In this document: in pieces, positions 23,585 to 35,579 of the stretch | How the letters are laid out: each line of letters starts with the position of its first letter | Numbering within the stretch: position 1 is the first letter of the stretch | From: an uncultured Chloroflexia bacterium | GTDB lineage: Bacteria; Chloroflexota; Anaerolineae; JAAYZQ01 | Length of the DNA stretch: 64,000 nt | Reading direction: 5' to 3' | Assembly (NCBI GenBank): GCA_963700285.1 | Contig: CAVOXA010000010.1 | Coordinates: forward strand, 1,280,001 to 1,344,000 | Made by a program: the position numbers and the translations under genes | Notes under the pieces: generated by a model | The model's input: only the letters and a program-made list of their open reading frames with translations | What the model was told of the DNA's origin: nothing | Databases searched by the model: none

Positions 23585-25090
23585 ATGGATTCTCTTGGGA
23601 ACAGGTTGAGCAGCACCTTCCGCCAACTGCGCTGGAGGCTCACACTCAGCTACACAGCCGTCACTCTGGGAACCTTGCTGGTTTCATTGTTTGTCCTGGC
23701 AGTCCTGGCACTCTCGACCATCTTTTTGCCCTACGACCAAACCCCCCTGGAGATGTGGGTACAGGCTGCCGACGAACAGGCTGTGCCCCTGGCGCGCATG
23801 CTCCTCTCCGAATCCCCGCCCAACACCGCGGGGCTCTCCGACCTCGTGAACTACTCCGATGCAGCCAAGTTCGAAAGCCTGGATCTCTTGAGCATGGGCA
23901 ACGTCACCCTGTACGTACGGGCCACCTCTGCGGTCGAGATGTTCATCTTTGACTCCCGGGGGCTGCTGCTGGGTAGAACAGGCCATCCGCCGTTTCCAAG
24001 CTCGGGGCAGCAATTCGACGTACGGTCGGTGCCCAGGCTGGAGCCTCCCCTTCGAGCAGCACTGGCTGGCGAGCGCGACGCAACCCGTCTCGTGTCTGCC
24101 GGCGGTCCCGGTGAGGCGTGGGTCGTGGCCGTTCCGGTTTTTGGCTCCGGCCAGCACGAGGGTCAGCTCCTGGGAGCTGTCGCCTACATCCTCGAGTCCA
24201 TGCCCACCGAGGGTGAGATTTCGTCCCACGCGCTGGGGCTGTTGGCCAGGAGCCTCGTCTTGTTTCTGCTGGGTGCTGGCATCGTAGGGACTCTCTTTGG
24301 TTTCCTGACGGCCAGCAGCATGGTGAGGCGATTTCGTCGCCTGTCCAGCGCGTCGGAGGCCTGGAGCCAGGGGGATTTCTCAGCGTTCATCGACGATCCC
24401 ACGGGAGACGAGATTGGCCAGCTTGCCCATCGATTGAACAGCATGGCAGAACAATTACAGAACCTGCTCAAGCGACGTCAGGCCATGGCCATTTCTGAGG
24501 AACGAAACCGCTTGGCGCGCGACCTCCACGACAGTGCCAAGCAACAAGCGTTGGCCGCCTCTTTCCAGTTGGGAACAGCCATCACATTGTTCGAGCGCGA
24601 TCCGCAGGGCGCCAGAAAACACCTGATGGAGGCCGACACATTGGTGGATTCGGTCCGCAAGGAGTTGACCGATCTGATCCTTGAACTGCGCCCGCCAGCG
24701 ATGAACGGGCGGGACTTGGCCGAAACCCTGAATGAATACGCTATCGAATGGGCGCATCAGAATGCAATAACCGTTGACGTCAACGTGCATGGACATGACG
24801 GACTGCCCTCAGAGATCATGCAAACACTCTTCCGCATTATGCAGGAGGCTCTGGCCAATGTTGCTCGTCACAGCTCTGCCAGCAACGTGAATGTGAACCT
24901 GAGCTATGGCTCAGACAATGTCACACTGACCATCACCGACGATGGGTGTGGCTTTGACACTGGCCAGTTGCATGACGGAATGGGGCTGCATTCCATGCGT
25001 GAACGCGCCGGGTCGCTGAATGGTGGTTTCACCATCGAAAGCAGGCCAGGCCAGGGTACCAGTGTTTCTGTGACTTTCCCGACAAGCTGA
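23585..25090 (+). CDS. HAMP sensor histidine kinase (HisKA_3, NarX/LiaS-like)
   Basis: Two TM segments, HAMP DEIGQLA, EERNRLARDLHDS, QEALANVARHS, DDGCGF, GMGL. Confidence 0.92.
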   Translation: MDSLGNRLSSTFRQLRWRLTLSYTAVTLGTLLVSLFVLAVLALSTIFLPYDQTPLEMWVQAADEQAVPLARMLLSESPPNTAGLSDLVNYSDAAKFESLDLLSMGNVTLYVRATSAVEMFIFDSRGLLLGRTGHPPFPSSGQQFDVRSVPRLEPPLRAALAGERDATRLVSAGGPGEAWVVAVPVFGSGQHEGQLLGAVAYILESMPTEGEISSHALGLLARSLVLFLLGAGIVGTLFGFLTASSMVRRFRRLSSASEAWSQGDFSAFIDDPTGDEIGQLAHRLNSMAEQLQNLLKRRQAMAISEERNRLARDLHDSAKQQALAASFQLGTAITLFERDPQGARKHLMEADTLVDSVRKELTDLILELRPPAMNGRDLAETLNEYAIEWAHQNAITVDVNVHGHDGLPSEIMQTLFRIMQEALANVARHSSASNVNVNLSYGSDNVTLTITDDGCGFDTGQLHDGMGLHSMRERAGSLNGGFTIESRPGQGTSVSVTFPTS

Positions 25091-25127
25091 CGGCCATTAG
25101 CAAATGGCGTATGGGGAGGATCTTTGT

Positions 25128-25784
25128 ATGCCTGACCCAATCACTGTGATGATCGTCGATGACCATGAGATGGTTCGCCAGGGTGCATCAGGTTATCTCG
25201 AGGCCCAACCCGATATCACCGTGGTCGCAGAAGCAGAATCGGGGGAAGAGGCCATCCGGCTGGCTCGAGAACACGTCCCGGACGTTGTATTGATGGACTT
25301 GGTTATGCCTGGGATGGATGGTGTGGACGCCACCCGCCAGGTCAAGGATGCCAGCCCTCGCTCCCAAATCATCGTCTTGACGTCGTACCATCAGGATGAG
25401 CACATCTTCCCCGCGCTCCAGGCAGGAGCGATCTCGTATCTGCTCAAGGACGTAAGGGCCAGGGAACTGGTCGAAGCCATATATCGTGCAGCCCAGGGGG
25501 AGGCCACGCTTCACCCCAGGGTTGCAGCGCGCGTCATAAAAGCGTTCCGTTGTGAGGGTCTCGACAAGAGCAGCCCCTTCACGGTGCTGACCGAGCGCGA
25601 GATGGATGTGCTCAAGTTACTTGCCAAGGGGTATGCCAACAGCAAGATCGCCGAAGAACTGGTTATCACAGTGGGCACCGTCAAAGGCCACGTCAGCAAC
25701 ATACTGAGCAAATTGCATCTCGCCGACCGTACCCAAGCCGCAGTCTATGCCTGGCAAGAAGGCATAGTCCGCCGCGAGACGTAG
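25128..25784 (+). CDS. NarL/LuxR-family response regulator
   Basis: IVDDH, DVVLMDLVMPGMDG, LTEREMDVL, TVKGHVSNILSKL. Confidence 0.94.
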   Translation: MPDPITVMIVDDHEMVRQGASGYLEAQPDITVVAEAESGEEAIRLAREHVPDVVLMDLVMPGMDGVDATRQVKDASPRSQIIVLTSYHQDEHIFPALQAGAISYLLKDVRARELVEAIYRAAQGEATLHPRVAARVIKAFRCEGLDKSSPFTVLTEREMDVLKLLAKGYANSKIAEELVITVGTVKGHVSNILSKLHLADRTQAAVYAWQEGIVRRET

Positions 25785-25950
25785 GATAGGCCCAGAGACA
25801 TATCTTGCGACAGGCAAAAAAACTTCCTCCAGACCCGTGTCATCCCTCACACTCTGTGCTATGCTGCACACAGCACTCTGTTGTCAGTGGCACCTGAGGG
25901 ATTAAGCCGCGATGGGGCGACAGCCACCATCCCGGAAAGGGGAGGAGAAT

Positions 25951-26598
25951 GTGAACAAGCAGCGAGAAAAACCCAGTGGCTGGTACTACGGACTTGCCGC
26001 TCTGATTCCCGTGCTAGGCGGTCTGACGGCAGCGGCCCTGGTGTGGCAGTGGTTTCCAGGCCTGCCAGGCACCTTTGAAGCCAAGATGGACCTGGACAAC
26101 CTGACTCAAGTCGTGGTTCCCGGCTCAGCAGAGATCACCTTCGCCGAGCGCGGGGCCTACGCGGTCTATTACGAATACCGCAGTGTGGTCGACGGTGTCA
26201 TCTTTGCCAGTAGCGAGACACCGCCGGCGCTGGCCTGCAGCCTGACCTCCAGGGCCACCGGCGCGGACATCGCAGTCGTCCCTGACTATGTCAAAACCAA
26301 CACCTACGCAACCAAAGATCGGGAGCGCGTGGGCGTGTTAATCCGGAGCATTCCCATAGATGAGCCGGGCACCTACACCATCTCCTGCCGCCATGTGGAT
26401 GGCAGTTCGCAACCGGGGATTGTGCTGGCCGTCGGTCCGAACCTGGATTGGGAGTTCTTGAGCATCGCGGCAAGAACTGTCTTGACGGCCTTGGCTGGCC
26501 TGGCCATGCTACACGGGTCCAGCGCCCTCGCCGTCATCATCGTGATTGTGGTTGCCGTTGGACGGCGAAAGTCGAGACCGGCTATCGCGGCAGGATAG
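25951..26598 (+). CDS. Two-TM membrane protein (possible target of the adjacent two-component system)
   Basis: GGAGGAG RBS + GTG start; N- and C-terminal hydrophobic helices. Confidence 0.65.
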   Translation: MNKQREKPSGWYYGLAALIPVLGGLTAAALVWQWFPGLPGTFEAKMDLDNLTQVVVPGSAEITFAERGAYAVYYEYRSVVDGVIFASSETPPALACSLTSRATGADIAVVPDYVKTNTYATKDRERVGVLIRSIPIDEPGTYTISCRHVDGSSQPGIVLAVGPNLDWEFLSIAARTVLTALAGLAMLHGSSALAVIIVIVVAVGRRKSRPAIAAG

Positions 26599-26644
26599 CC
26601 CAGGAAAGAAGGTGGGGCATGAACCGATACCGGATCGACCAGGC

Positions 26645-28897
26645 CTACCACTTGAACAAGACCGTCCCCTCATCTGCCACCACGCGCCCATACGCCTGCT
26701 CGCCGTTCAGGCTGCCGCGCTCCGTGGGCAGCGGCCTGCCACCACACTCCGCCCTGGCAAACCACCCCGGCTCCACCCCCACGCGCCGTACCGATACCTG
26801 GCGCCCCACGGGCGAACCGGAGATGGTCATCGTCCTGGTCCGCCTCATTCCAGGCAAACTCGGTGCCATCGTGCAGGCGGAAGCGCCCATCGGCCCCAGG
26901 ATACAAGTCGAGGCGCAGGTCGTCACCCGCCTGCCGCACCCCCGCCTGGGTCGCCGGCAGCAGCGTGTCCGGAGAGGGATCGAGACGGGGGATGATGGCA
27001 CCTGCTCGGGCGAAAACCGGGATCTGTCTCTACCTCCGCCCGGTGCCGGACCACCCGCCCGCCCTGCAGCAGCTCGCCGGTCCAAAAGTCGCGCCACAGG
27101 CCCTGCGGCAGGTAGACCAGCCGCGTGCGGCTGAAGCCATAGTACACCGGTGCCACCAGCAGCTCCGCGCCGAAAGCAGTACTGGTGCTCGGCCAGGTCG
27201 CCCCACGCATCGGGCTCGTCAGGGAATTCCAGCGGCATGGCCCGCATGATGGGCAGGCCCGTCCGCGAAGCCTCGCGGGCATAGGCATAGATGTAGGGGA
27301 AAAGGTCGGTGTGCAGTTGGGCATAGCGCCGGTAGACGTCCAGGGTCTGCTGCGAAAAGGTCCAGGGCTCGCGGCGGCCGGCGCCGTGGACCATCATGAT
27401 GGGCGAAAAGGCGCCGAACTGCGACCAGCGTTTATAGACCTCGTCGCGAGGGCGTGCCAAAGTAGCCGCCGATGTCGCTGGTCCAGTAGGGGAACCCCGA
27501 CATCCCTGCGCTCAGCCCGGCCACGATGGCCGTGCGCAGGCCGCTGGCGTGGGCAAAATCAGAGGTCTGGTCGCCGGCCCAGATGGCCGACAGCCGCTGC
27601 GAGCCATGCCAGCCTGACCGCGCCAGCAGCACAGCCGGCTGGGTCGTCTGCATGGCCTCGTAGGTGAGTCTCGTTGTAGAGCCGGGGGTAGATGTTGTGC
27701 ATCTCGCGCCCGGTCCGCCCATCGTGGAACAGGGCATCCTCGGGCACCTGCTCCCCAAAATCGGTGTTGAAGCCGCTGACGCCCATCCCGGCCAGGCGGC
27801 GGATCTTGTCCTGCCACCAGGCGACGGCCTCGGGGTTGGTGAGGTCGATGCAGGAGCCGACCAGCATCGGGTTGTTGCCCAGCCGGTGGACATAGACCTC
27901 ACCCTCCGGGTTCTTGATCAGATAGCCCCGTTCGGCGCAGGCATCATAAGGCGTCGTTGGGATCGTCGCTCGTTGTCCACCGCCATCCAGGGCGAGATCC
28001 ACACCACCAGGCGGCTGCCGTGGGCGTGGATGTGGTCGATCATGGCCGGGGGTCCGGGAACTTGCACCGGGTCAAACTCAAAGGTGTGATAGGCGACTTC
28101 CCAGCGGGCGTCGATCAGCTTGACCGTGGCCGGCAGGCCCAGCTCGTGCTGCTATCTCCACGTCCTCGCGGATCCCGGCCTGGTCGGCCGTCTGCCAGTC
28201 GCGCGATTTCCACGGACCAAATACCCAGACTGGCGGCACCTCGGGCCGGCCGGCGATGGCCGTGTAGCGCGACAGGATCTCCTTGGGCGTCCGGCCGGGG
28301 AGGACGGTCAGGCTCAGGGCCGGCGCCGCGTTGCGGATCGAGACCACCCCGGGATCGTCGGGCGTCGCCATGCGGGCCACGCAGCGGACGTCGGTGTCGA
28401 TGTGCAGGCCATAGCCCGCGCTCGACAGGTAAAAAGGGCACGGGGATGTAGGTCAGACCTCCCTGGGCGCCATCCTCCACCCACAGGTCCACCTCCTTGC
28501 CCCGCTGGTCCAGCGAATCGAAACGCTCGCCAAAGCCCAGATAGTGCTCGTCGGGCCGGGCGTGAAGGTCCGCCGCCAGCCAGGTTGCGCCCCCGAAGTC
28601 AGTACGTAGATCGACCCGCACCTGGTCCCCGGTCAAGGAGATCTGGGCGAAAATGATTGCGCCATCTTCAGCCACGAACTGCAGCGCCACCCTGCCGGCC
28701 TCCGCTTCCACCAGATCCGCCCGGTCCGCGCGCTGCCAGGCACCCCCCTCGGGCAGGAGCCGCACGGCCTGCATCTGCCATATCACATCGCCTTGGGCGG
28801 CATCAGATAGGGCGCAGGCAAAGGGCGAGGTCCACACGCGGAGCAGGTATTTGTCTGAGGTGAGGGTAACAGCCTCGAGCATAGGATCCAGGTCCAT
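26645..28897 (-). CDS. Glycoside hydrolase family 31 (alpha-xylosidase/glucosidase), heavily frameshifted
   Basis: YLGFGERF, YIPVPF, PPVWVFGPW, IDLTNPEAVAWW, FNTDFGE, HNIYP, WAGD, SDIGGY, RWSQFGAFSP, GLPIMRAM. Confidence 0.88.
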
Positions 28898-29068
28898 CAG
28901 CAATCTCCTTATCGCCTGCCAGCTTCAGAAGACCCAGCACCCGTTCGTAGTAGGCACTTTAGTGCCGTTCTTCTCAACTTCTCAGTGTGTCCTGAGGCAC
29001 TGAAGCACATCCTGAGTATATTCCGAGTCTTCAAAGGATCTGTCGAAAGACTTGTCCAAGGGTGCCCA

Positions 29069-30256
29069 CTACGAACCATCATCGCGCCTACGGAGTATGG
29101 GATACTGGCCCATCTCTCGCGCGGTGTCCAGCATGGCCATATAGTACGCCGGTTTGACGCCCGGGTGGACCGAATTGCTGGTGGACAGCACAAAGCCGCC
29201 GCCCGGCGCGGCGGTCTCGATCACCCAGGCGGTCTGCTCGCGCACCGCCTCGACCGGACCCTCCACCAGGACGGTGCCACAATCCACGTTGCCAATGAGC
29301 GTCAGCCGCTCCCCATACTCGAGCTTGATCCGGGCGATGTCCATGCCGGCGCCGGGCTCGATGGCCTGGAAGCCATCCACGCCAGCCCTGACCATCCTCT
29401 CCAGGAGGATGTTGACGTTGCCGTCGGTGTGCTTGATATAGGGCACGCGGTAGCGGTGGCAGAGATCGGTGATCTGCCGGAGGCGAGGGAAAACAAACTG
29501 GTCGAAATGGCGCGGCGAGAACATGGGACCGGCCTTGGCGGCCCAATCGACGCCGCCGATCACGCCATCCACCCCCCGCTCCAGCACCGCTTCCAGCAGC
29601 ATGAGGGTCACGCGCAGGTGGGCGTCCAGGTAGCGGTGGATCAGATCCGGGGCCTTGATCAGGCCCACCAAAAAGTGCTCGGCCCAGTCCCAAGTGGAGC
29701 CCAAGGCCACGTCCGCCTCGCCCATCACAAACCGGTCCCGGCCCATTTCGGCCAGCACTGTGTCCACCGGGGCAAAATCCCAGTCCTCCAGGCGCGGTGT
29801 GCTGGCTTCCATGGCTGCCGTGACCCGCTCCAGTTCGGCCAGGCCGTCCTGGCGGAGGGAAGAATCCACCTGGTCGTAAATGTCGCTGTCGGGCGCGTGA
29901 CGGTAGAGGCCCCATTGTCCGCTGGCCGGATCGGTGAAACGCCAGGCATGTTCCTCCACCTGTTCCGGCACCAGGGGACAACGCGACACAGGGTGGATGC
30001 TGCCCAGCGCGTCCAGGTCCAGGGCGCGCCACAGCTCGATCTCATCGGCGACGCGCTGCCGGTGGTACTCGGTAATACGGCCCGCCATCAACGCCTCGTT
30101 CTGGGCCACGCCACGGGCGCGGCCGCCAAAGCCACACAGATTGGGCCGGCCCAGGACCTGCTCCGCGGTGGGATTGTCGATGGTCAGCGCCATGACCGGC
30201 ACCCGGTCCGGTTCCCGGTGGGCAAATGCGGTCTGGATCCGTTCTTTGCTGTTCAC
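29069..30256 (-). CDS. Uroporphyrinogen decarboxylase-like / MtaA-CmuA methyltransferase family protein
   Basis: VNSKERIQTAFAHREPDRVP, MFSPRHF, KHTDGN, LIGNVD, GGGFVLSTSNSV. Confidence 0.85.
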   Translation of the reverse strand: MNSKERIQTAFAHREPDRVPVMALTIDNPTAEQVLGRPNLCGFGGRARGVAQNEALMAGRITEYHRQRVADEIELWRALDLDALGSIHPVSRCPLVPEQVEEHAWRFTDPASGQWGLYRHAPDSDIYDQVDSSLRQDGLAELERVTAAMEASTPRLEDWDFAPVDTVLAEMGRDRFVMGEADVALGSTWDWAEHFLVGLIKAPDLIHRYLDAHLRVTLMLLEAVLERGVDGVIGGVDWAAKAGPMFSPRHFDQFVFPRLRQITDLCHRYRVPYIKHTDGNVNILLERMVRAGVDGFQAIEPGAGMDIARIKLEYGERLTLIGNVDCGTVLVEGPVEAVREQTAWVIETAAPGGGFVLSTSNSVHPGVKPAYYMAMLDTAREMGQYPILRRRDDGS

Positions 30257-30257
30257 G

Positions 30258-31649
30258 CTAGATCTCTCGTTCCTTCCACTTGCCCCTTCTAAACCACGTG
30301 ATAAAAAGGATTCCGTTGGCGATGTTGGCCAGGGCGCGCCCCAACCAGATCCCGGCGAGGCCCAGCCCCAGCCCGCTGGACAGGACCAGGGCGGCCGGGA
30401 TCTGGAGCACCCACAGGGTAAGGAGATTGATGGTGGCCGCCGGCAGCGTGTTGCCTGCACCGTCGAGACCGCGATTGAGGGCAAAGCCAACCCCATCAAG
30501 TACGAGGGAGAAGGCGATGATGCGGATAAACCCGACACCGATGGCCACAACCTCTGGCGTCGCATCAAAGGCCGCGATGAGCGGCCTGGCGAGCACAAAG
30601 GCGAGGGCCGCGACCGCCAGCATATAGACAGCAACGTAGGCGCTGACCCACCAGGCGCTGCGTTCGGCCCGTTCCGGTTTCTCGGCGCCCAGATTCTGGC
30701 CGACCAGGGTACCCGCGACGTTGCCCAGGCCAAAGCAGGGAACCAGGGCGACGTACAAGAAGCGGTCGGCCAGGCCAAAGGCAGCGGTGGCAAAGGTACC
30801 GTGGGCGCCCACCATCGACAGAACGACGATGTTGGATGCGGATCGAAACGTCATCTGGACGGCGCTGGGCAGCGCGATGCCTGTAATGCGGGCCATGAGG
30901 GGCAGGTCGGGCCGCAGATGTCTCAATCTCAGTCCGATGCAGGCTCTGCCCCTGATCAGGATGGCGACCTGCATCAACAGGCCGCAGCCCATGCCCAGGA
31001 CGTAGGCAGCGGCCGAGCCGGCGATGCCAAACCTGGGCATGGGGCCCAGGCCCAGGACGAGGACCGGTTCAGAGACGATGGTCGTCACTGTGGTTACCAG
31101 CAGAACCCACATGGCCAGTCGCGCATCTCCGGCGCCGCGCAGCATGGAGTTGATGACATAGACCAGCACCCAGACGAAAGAGCCAAGGAAGGTGATGCGC
31201 AGGTAGGTCATCCCCAGCGCCTGAACTTGGGCATCGGCGCCCAAGAGCTGCAGCAGGGGACGTGCCAGCGCCAGGCCGAGGGCGGCCAAAAGGATCGAGA
31301 CGAGGATGCCCAGCAGGATGGTCTGGCCGGTCGCGTGATCGGCAGCATCCCGGTCCCGGGCGCCGATGCGCCGGGCTACGACCGCCAGGCCACCAATACC
31401 CAAGCCCATAGAGGTACTTTGGGCGAACCAGCGGATGGCTATGCCCATGGTGACAGTAGCCAGGGCCGCCGAGCCAAGGCGGCTGACCCAATAGACGTCG
31501 AGTAGATCGGCGACATTCAGGATGCCGGCCTCGAGCACCATGGCCGGCGCCAGGTACCAGATGGCCCGATGGATACTGCCGGTGGTCAGGTCCCTGTCCG
31601 GGACCTCCTGGCGAGGGCGGGGGCAGCTATAGGTCGTCTCGACGGCCAT
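30258..31649 (-). CDS. MATE family efflux transporter
   Basis: DLTTGSI, D.YWVSRLG, LRGAGD, VGQNLGA; about 12 TM segments; ends FRRGKWK. Confidence 0.92.
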   Translation of the reverse strand: MAVETTYSCPRPRQEVPDRDLTTGSIHRAIWYLAPAMVLEAGILNVADLLDVYWVSRLGSAALATVTMGIAIRWFAQSTSMGLGIGGLAVVARRIGARDRDAADHATGQTILLGILVSILLAALGLALARPLLQLLGADAQVQALGMTYLRITFLGSFVWVLVYVINSMLRGAGDARLAMWVLLVTTVTTIVSEPVLVLGLGPMPRFGIAGSAAAYVLGMGCGLLMQVAILIRGRACIGLRLRHLRPDLPLMARITGIALPSAVQMTFRSASNIVVLSMVGAHGTFATAAFGLADRFLYVALVPCFGLGNVAGTLVGQNLGAEKPERAERSAWWVSAYVAVYMLAVAALAFVLARPLIAAFDATPEVVAIGVGFIRIIAFSLVLDGVGFALNRGLDGAGNTLPAATINLLTLWVLQIPAALVLSSGLGLGLAGIWLGRALANIANGILFITWFRRGKWKEREI

Positions 31650-31779
31650 GCGCCCGCGCCTGCCACGAGGGACTCGTCAGGCTTTTTCCCTCGCCTTTGC
31701 CCTCGCGACTGTCTTCGATACTTGGTTGTGGCGCTGGCCCGCAAAACATCTCGCCGGCCAGCGAATCTGCACCATGCGA

Positions 31780-31941
31780 ACGCCGACTAGACAGCCACGC
31801 GCCTATCTCGTCCAGCGAATAGGCGCCATAGCGCGAGCCAGGGATGTCGTGCGAAATCTTGGCCCAGGCTTTCTTGATCTCGTCCTGATACCGCTTCAGC
31901 AATGCGGCCAATTCTGGCGCTCTCGGCGCGTTCGTGATCAT
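31780..31941 (-). pseudogene. N-terminal fragment of a signalling protein (RsbRD_N-like helix)
   Basis: LAALLKRYQDEIKKAWAKISHDIPGSRYGAYSLDEI, then loses coding character. Confidence 0.35.
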
Positions 31942-32492
31942 CAGTGGATCCCTACACCGGCTGATGAGTTTCCTGGCAGCAGCGCTGATATCCTTTCCCA
32001 GCCATAGGCAACCTCAACGACGTCCCAACCATCAACCTGATAGCTCTTCTCGTCCATAAGCTGGCCCTGGAGACGCTCATACCACCGCCGAGCCGGATTA
32101 CCGAGCAAGGTCCAGAGCATGACAGAACTACATCCGCGTTCTATGAGCTTTCCGGCCGTCGCCTTGAGCAGTGCTGTCCCGATGCCTCTCCCTTGAAACG
32201 GTTGGGCCACATGAAGGGCCAGGATCTCTGCACCGTAGCCAGGATAGATATCGTTCTGTACTTTGGCCAGCGCGTACCCAATCACCTGCTTTTCTGCCGA
32301 CACAGCCACCAGAACCATGTCATCTGCACTCGCTGAGAGCAACTGGAGCCAATCCTGCTCTTGCTCATCGTAGCTGAACCGCGCAAGATATGTTTCTGGG
32401 AACGAGCCTGCATAAGCCGCGCGATAGCTGTCAACCTGGACCTCGGCAATTCCACGGCAGTCTCTGGCATTGGCTTCGCGAATCTCAACCAT
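31941..32492 (-). CDS. GNAT family acetyltransferase
   Basis: IREAN, EILALHV, QGRGIGTALL, NPARRWYERL. Confidence 0.9.
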   Translation of the reverse strand: MVEIREANARDCRGIAEVQVDSYRAAYAGSFPETYLARFSYDEQEQDWLQLLSASADDMVLVAVSAEKQVIGYALAKVQNDIYPGYGAEILALHVAQPFQGRGIGTALLKATAGKLIERGCSSVMLWTLLGNPARRWYERLQGQLMDEKSYQVDGWDVVEVAYGWERISALLPGNSSAGVGIH

Positions 32493-32580
32493 GAAATTGG
32501 TTCTCATCTGTCGCCCTGGGCCTGGTGAGGCCACTGCACTTGTTTTCGCCAAGTCAGGCACCTGGGCGGGAACTCAATGG

Positions 32581-34281
32581 CTACCCTTCGTCCCAGATGG
32601 CGTCCAATTCCTCGTCGGGCACGTCAAACACCTCGCCGTGGGGCGCCAGGGGCTCCTCCGCAAAAAAGCGCGGCAGGCGGTCGGTGGCGGCGGTCAGGCC
32701 CGCGCGGCGGTTGAATTCGCGCTCGATGTCGATCACCTCCCGGCCCAGCTCGGCGACCCAGCCCGGCTCCAGCTCGGTGCCATAGGCCGCGTTCAGCATG
32801 TCGGTCACCAGTTCCGGACGGCCGCCCGTGGAGCCCAGCAGAAAGGCGCACAGGCCCAGGGCGTCGTAGGCCGTGCGCGCGTACTGGGTGTTGCGCGACA
32901 GCGCCACCTGCCCCTCGGCGCTGGTGGTGGTCGACCGGGGCAAAGATGGTCAACCCCGCCGTGTGATCGCCGCCCATGGGCGTCGTGGCAAAGGTCACGC
33001 CCGTGCCCTTGACGCCCCGCGGATCGTAGGCCGGCAGCGCCTGGCCCTTGACCGCCGGCACATGCCGCACGCCCAGCATCCGGCCAACGGTGGCCGTCCC
33101 CTGGCCCAGCAGCCGGCCCAGCACGGTGCCCTGCGCCGATCTCGCGCACCAGTTCGAGGGCCCGCTCCCCGTCGCCGAATTCCAGCATGCCCGCCTCGGC
33201 CGCGACGCCCAACGTCGCGCCGACCTCGATGGTGTCCAGGCCCAGGTCGTTGCATTCCTGGTTGATGCGGGCGATGGTGTCCAGGTCGCCGATGCCCAGG
33301 TTCGAGCCGCACATCACCAGGGTCTCGTATTCCAGCCGCGCCACCAGCCGCTTGCCCTCGGCGTCGGGCACAATGTTGGAGCACTGGATGATGCAGCCGG
33401 CCATGCACTGCTTCGGTGGGCGTGCCCTCGCCGCCGCGGGTCGTGATCAGGTCGTGGAGCGCTTCGCCCGAGATGCGCTCGGCCTCCTCGAAAGCCCCCT
33501 GGCTAAAGTTGCGGGTGGGCAGCGCGCCCAGCGAGTCTGGGTGATCATCACCGTGGATGCCGTGCCGTAGTTGCGCAGCACCTCCACCCGGGGGTTGCTG
33601 CTGACCGCCAGGTGAAAGGCACGGACGGCGGCTTTGAAGGCTTGCGCCGCTTGGACGCGGTCGCTGTCCCTTGCGTACCAGGATCGCTTTCAGTCCCTTG
33701 CTGCCCATCACCGCCGCCAATCCGCCCCGCGCCAGGAAGCGGAAGGGATCGCCCCGCATGTCGGTGGTGCACACCGCCGCCGCCGGGAGCTGCATCTCGC
33801 CCGCCGGACCGATGGCGATCAGGGCATAGTCGCTCGCCAAACTCGGCCTTGAGCCGCGCCGCCAGCGCTTCCAGGCGCAGTCCCCAGTAAGCCTCCGCGG
33901 GCAGGAAAGCGCACCGCCTCCGGCCCGTCCACGACCACCAACCCCGGCGCATCGGCGGGAAAGGTCCCCTCGACGACCAGCGCCCGCAGGTCCAGCCCGG
34001 CCAGCGCACCGGCCACCTCGCCGCCCGAGTTGCTCTCCTTGATGCCGCCCGTCAGCGGGCTCTTGCCGCCCAAGCGACAGCCGGTCGCCGCAGGAGATGC
34101 GCCAGCCGGCCAGCGGGCCGGTGGCCCACACCAGGATGTTGTCCGCCGAAAGCGGGTCGCAGCCCGGATCCACCTCGGCGGCCACCAGCTCGGCCGTCAG
34201 GCGCCGCCCGCCGATTAGTTCATCGCTCCGTGTTTCAATACGAGCCGTCTGGCTGCAGAGATCCACACGCAATAGCTTCAC
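32581..34281 (-). CDS. Aldehyde ferredoxin oxidoreductase (W/Mo AOR family), multiple frameshifts
   Basis: KSPLTGGIKESNSGG, IGPAGE, RGGLAAVMGSKGLKAI, LPTRNF, CMAGCIIQC, LEYET, DLGLDTIE, YDPRGVKG. Confidence 0.88.
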
Positions 34282-34339
34282 AGTTCCTCCGTTCTATCGC
34301 CTAGTCCAATCTTGGATACCTGTCAAAGAAGGTATATTC

Positions 34340-34410
34340 ACCGCAGAGACAGAGAACGCAGAGAAAGCCCCAAAGATGTTTTAACCCTGTGTCCTCTGTG
34401 TCTCTGCGGT
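34340..34410. repeat. Dispersed ACCGCAGAG(G/A)CRCAGAG inverted-repeat element
   Basis: accgcagagacagagaacgcagag ... ctctgtgtctctgcggt; related copies at 48511-48584 and 49367-49393. Confidence 0.7.
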
Positions 34411-34419
34411 TTCTATTAT

Positions 34420-35579
34420 TCAATGCCCGTCCCTGTTCATCGCCCGGGATGGTGAGAATTCGGCCAGCCTGGGATCCACCTCACTGCCTGAGACCAGGGC
34501 GGCTATCAATGTGCCGACCAGCGGCGTCAAGACGATGGTGCTCTTGAGCCCGGTAGCCACCACGAGGCCCGCCACCTCGTCCACGGCGCCCAGCAGTGGG
34601 CGGTTGTCAGGGACAAAGGCCACCGGAATGGCCCAGCCCCGTATGACGGCCGCCTGCTGCAGGGCTGGGAAACGCTCGCCCTTGCTTCGCGGGCGATGGC
34701 CGGCAGGGCGGCCGCGGTGACACGCCGGCCCAGCGCCTCGGTCACGAAGGCCGCTTCGCCGATCATGACGTTGCCCTCCGGACGCTGGCGCAGGCAAAAG
34801 CCGACCGCCTGCTCCGTCGATTCCTCCGTCGCCTCAAAAAAGGCCGCGCTGCTGATGGCGTGGCGGGCCAGCGGCGGAAGCGGCTCGGTGATGAGCGCCT
34901 CACCGTGGACCCAGCGCAGCGGCAGGTCCACGCCAGCGGTCAAGGCCAGGGGACGCGCCCAGGCACCGGTCGCCAGGACCACCCAGCCAGCCGCTGCCTG
35001 CCCCCGGCTTGTTGCTACACCGGTCACGCGCCCGCCCTGGACGCTGACCCCGGTAACCTCGGTGTGGGTCCAGACGTCAAGGCCGTGCTGCCGCCCGCGC
35101 AGGGCATAGGCGTGCACCAGCTTGAAGGGGTTGAGGCTGCCTTCGCCGGCGTGATAGAGGGCGCCGGTGACCAATTCCGGTGACAGGCAGGGTTCCAGGC
35201 GGCAGACCTCGTCCTGGTCCAGCAATTGGGCGGGTACGCCCGCCGCCTGCAAGCGGGCCGCACGCTGTTCCATGACCGCCCACTGCTGCTCGTTCTCAAT
35301 GAGCAACAGAGAGCCGGCCCGCCGGAAGTCCAGATCGGTTTCAAGCTCGGCTTCCAGGCCGGAGCACATCTCACTGCCCTGCAGGGATAGCTCCAGGCTG
35401 AGGCCGAACTCGCTGTCCTGGATCTGCACATTGCCAAAGTTCGCGCCCGAGGCCCCCGAGGCCAGGTCTCCCTGTTCGATAAGCAGCGTGCGCATCCCGC
35501 TCCGGGCCAGGTGGTAGGCCGCGGCACTGCCGATCAGGCCGCCGCCCACGACCACCACGTCCCAGCTTTGGCCTGTCAT
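34420..35579 (-). CDS. FAD-dependent oxidoreductase (DAO/SoxB/HcnC-like), frameshifted near 3' end
   Basis: VVGGGLIG, ASGANFG, NPFKL, LATGAWA, PDNRPLLG. Confidence 0.88.
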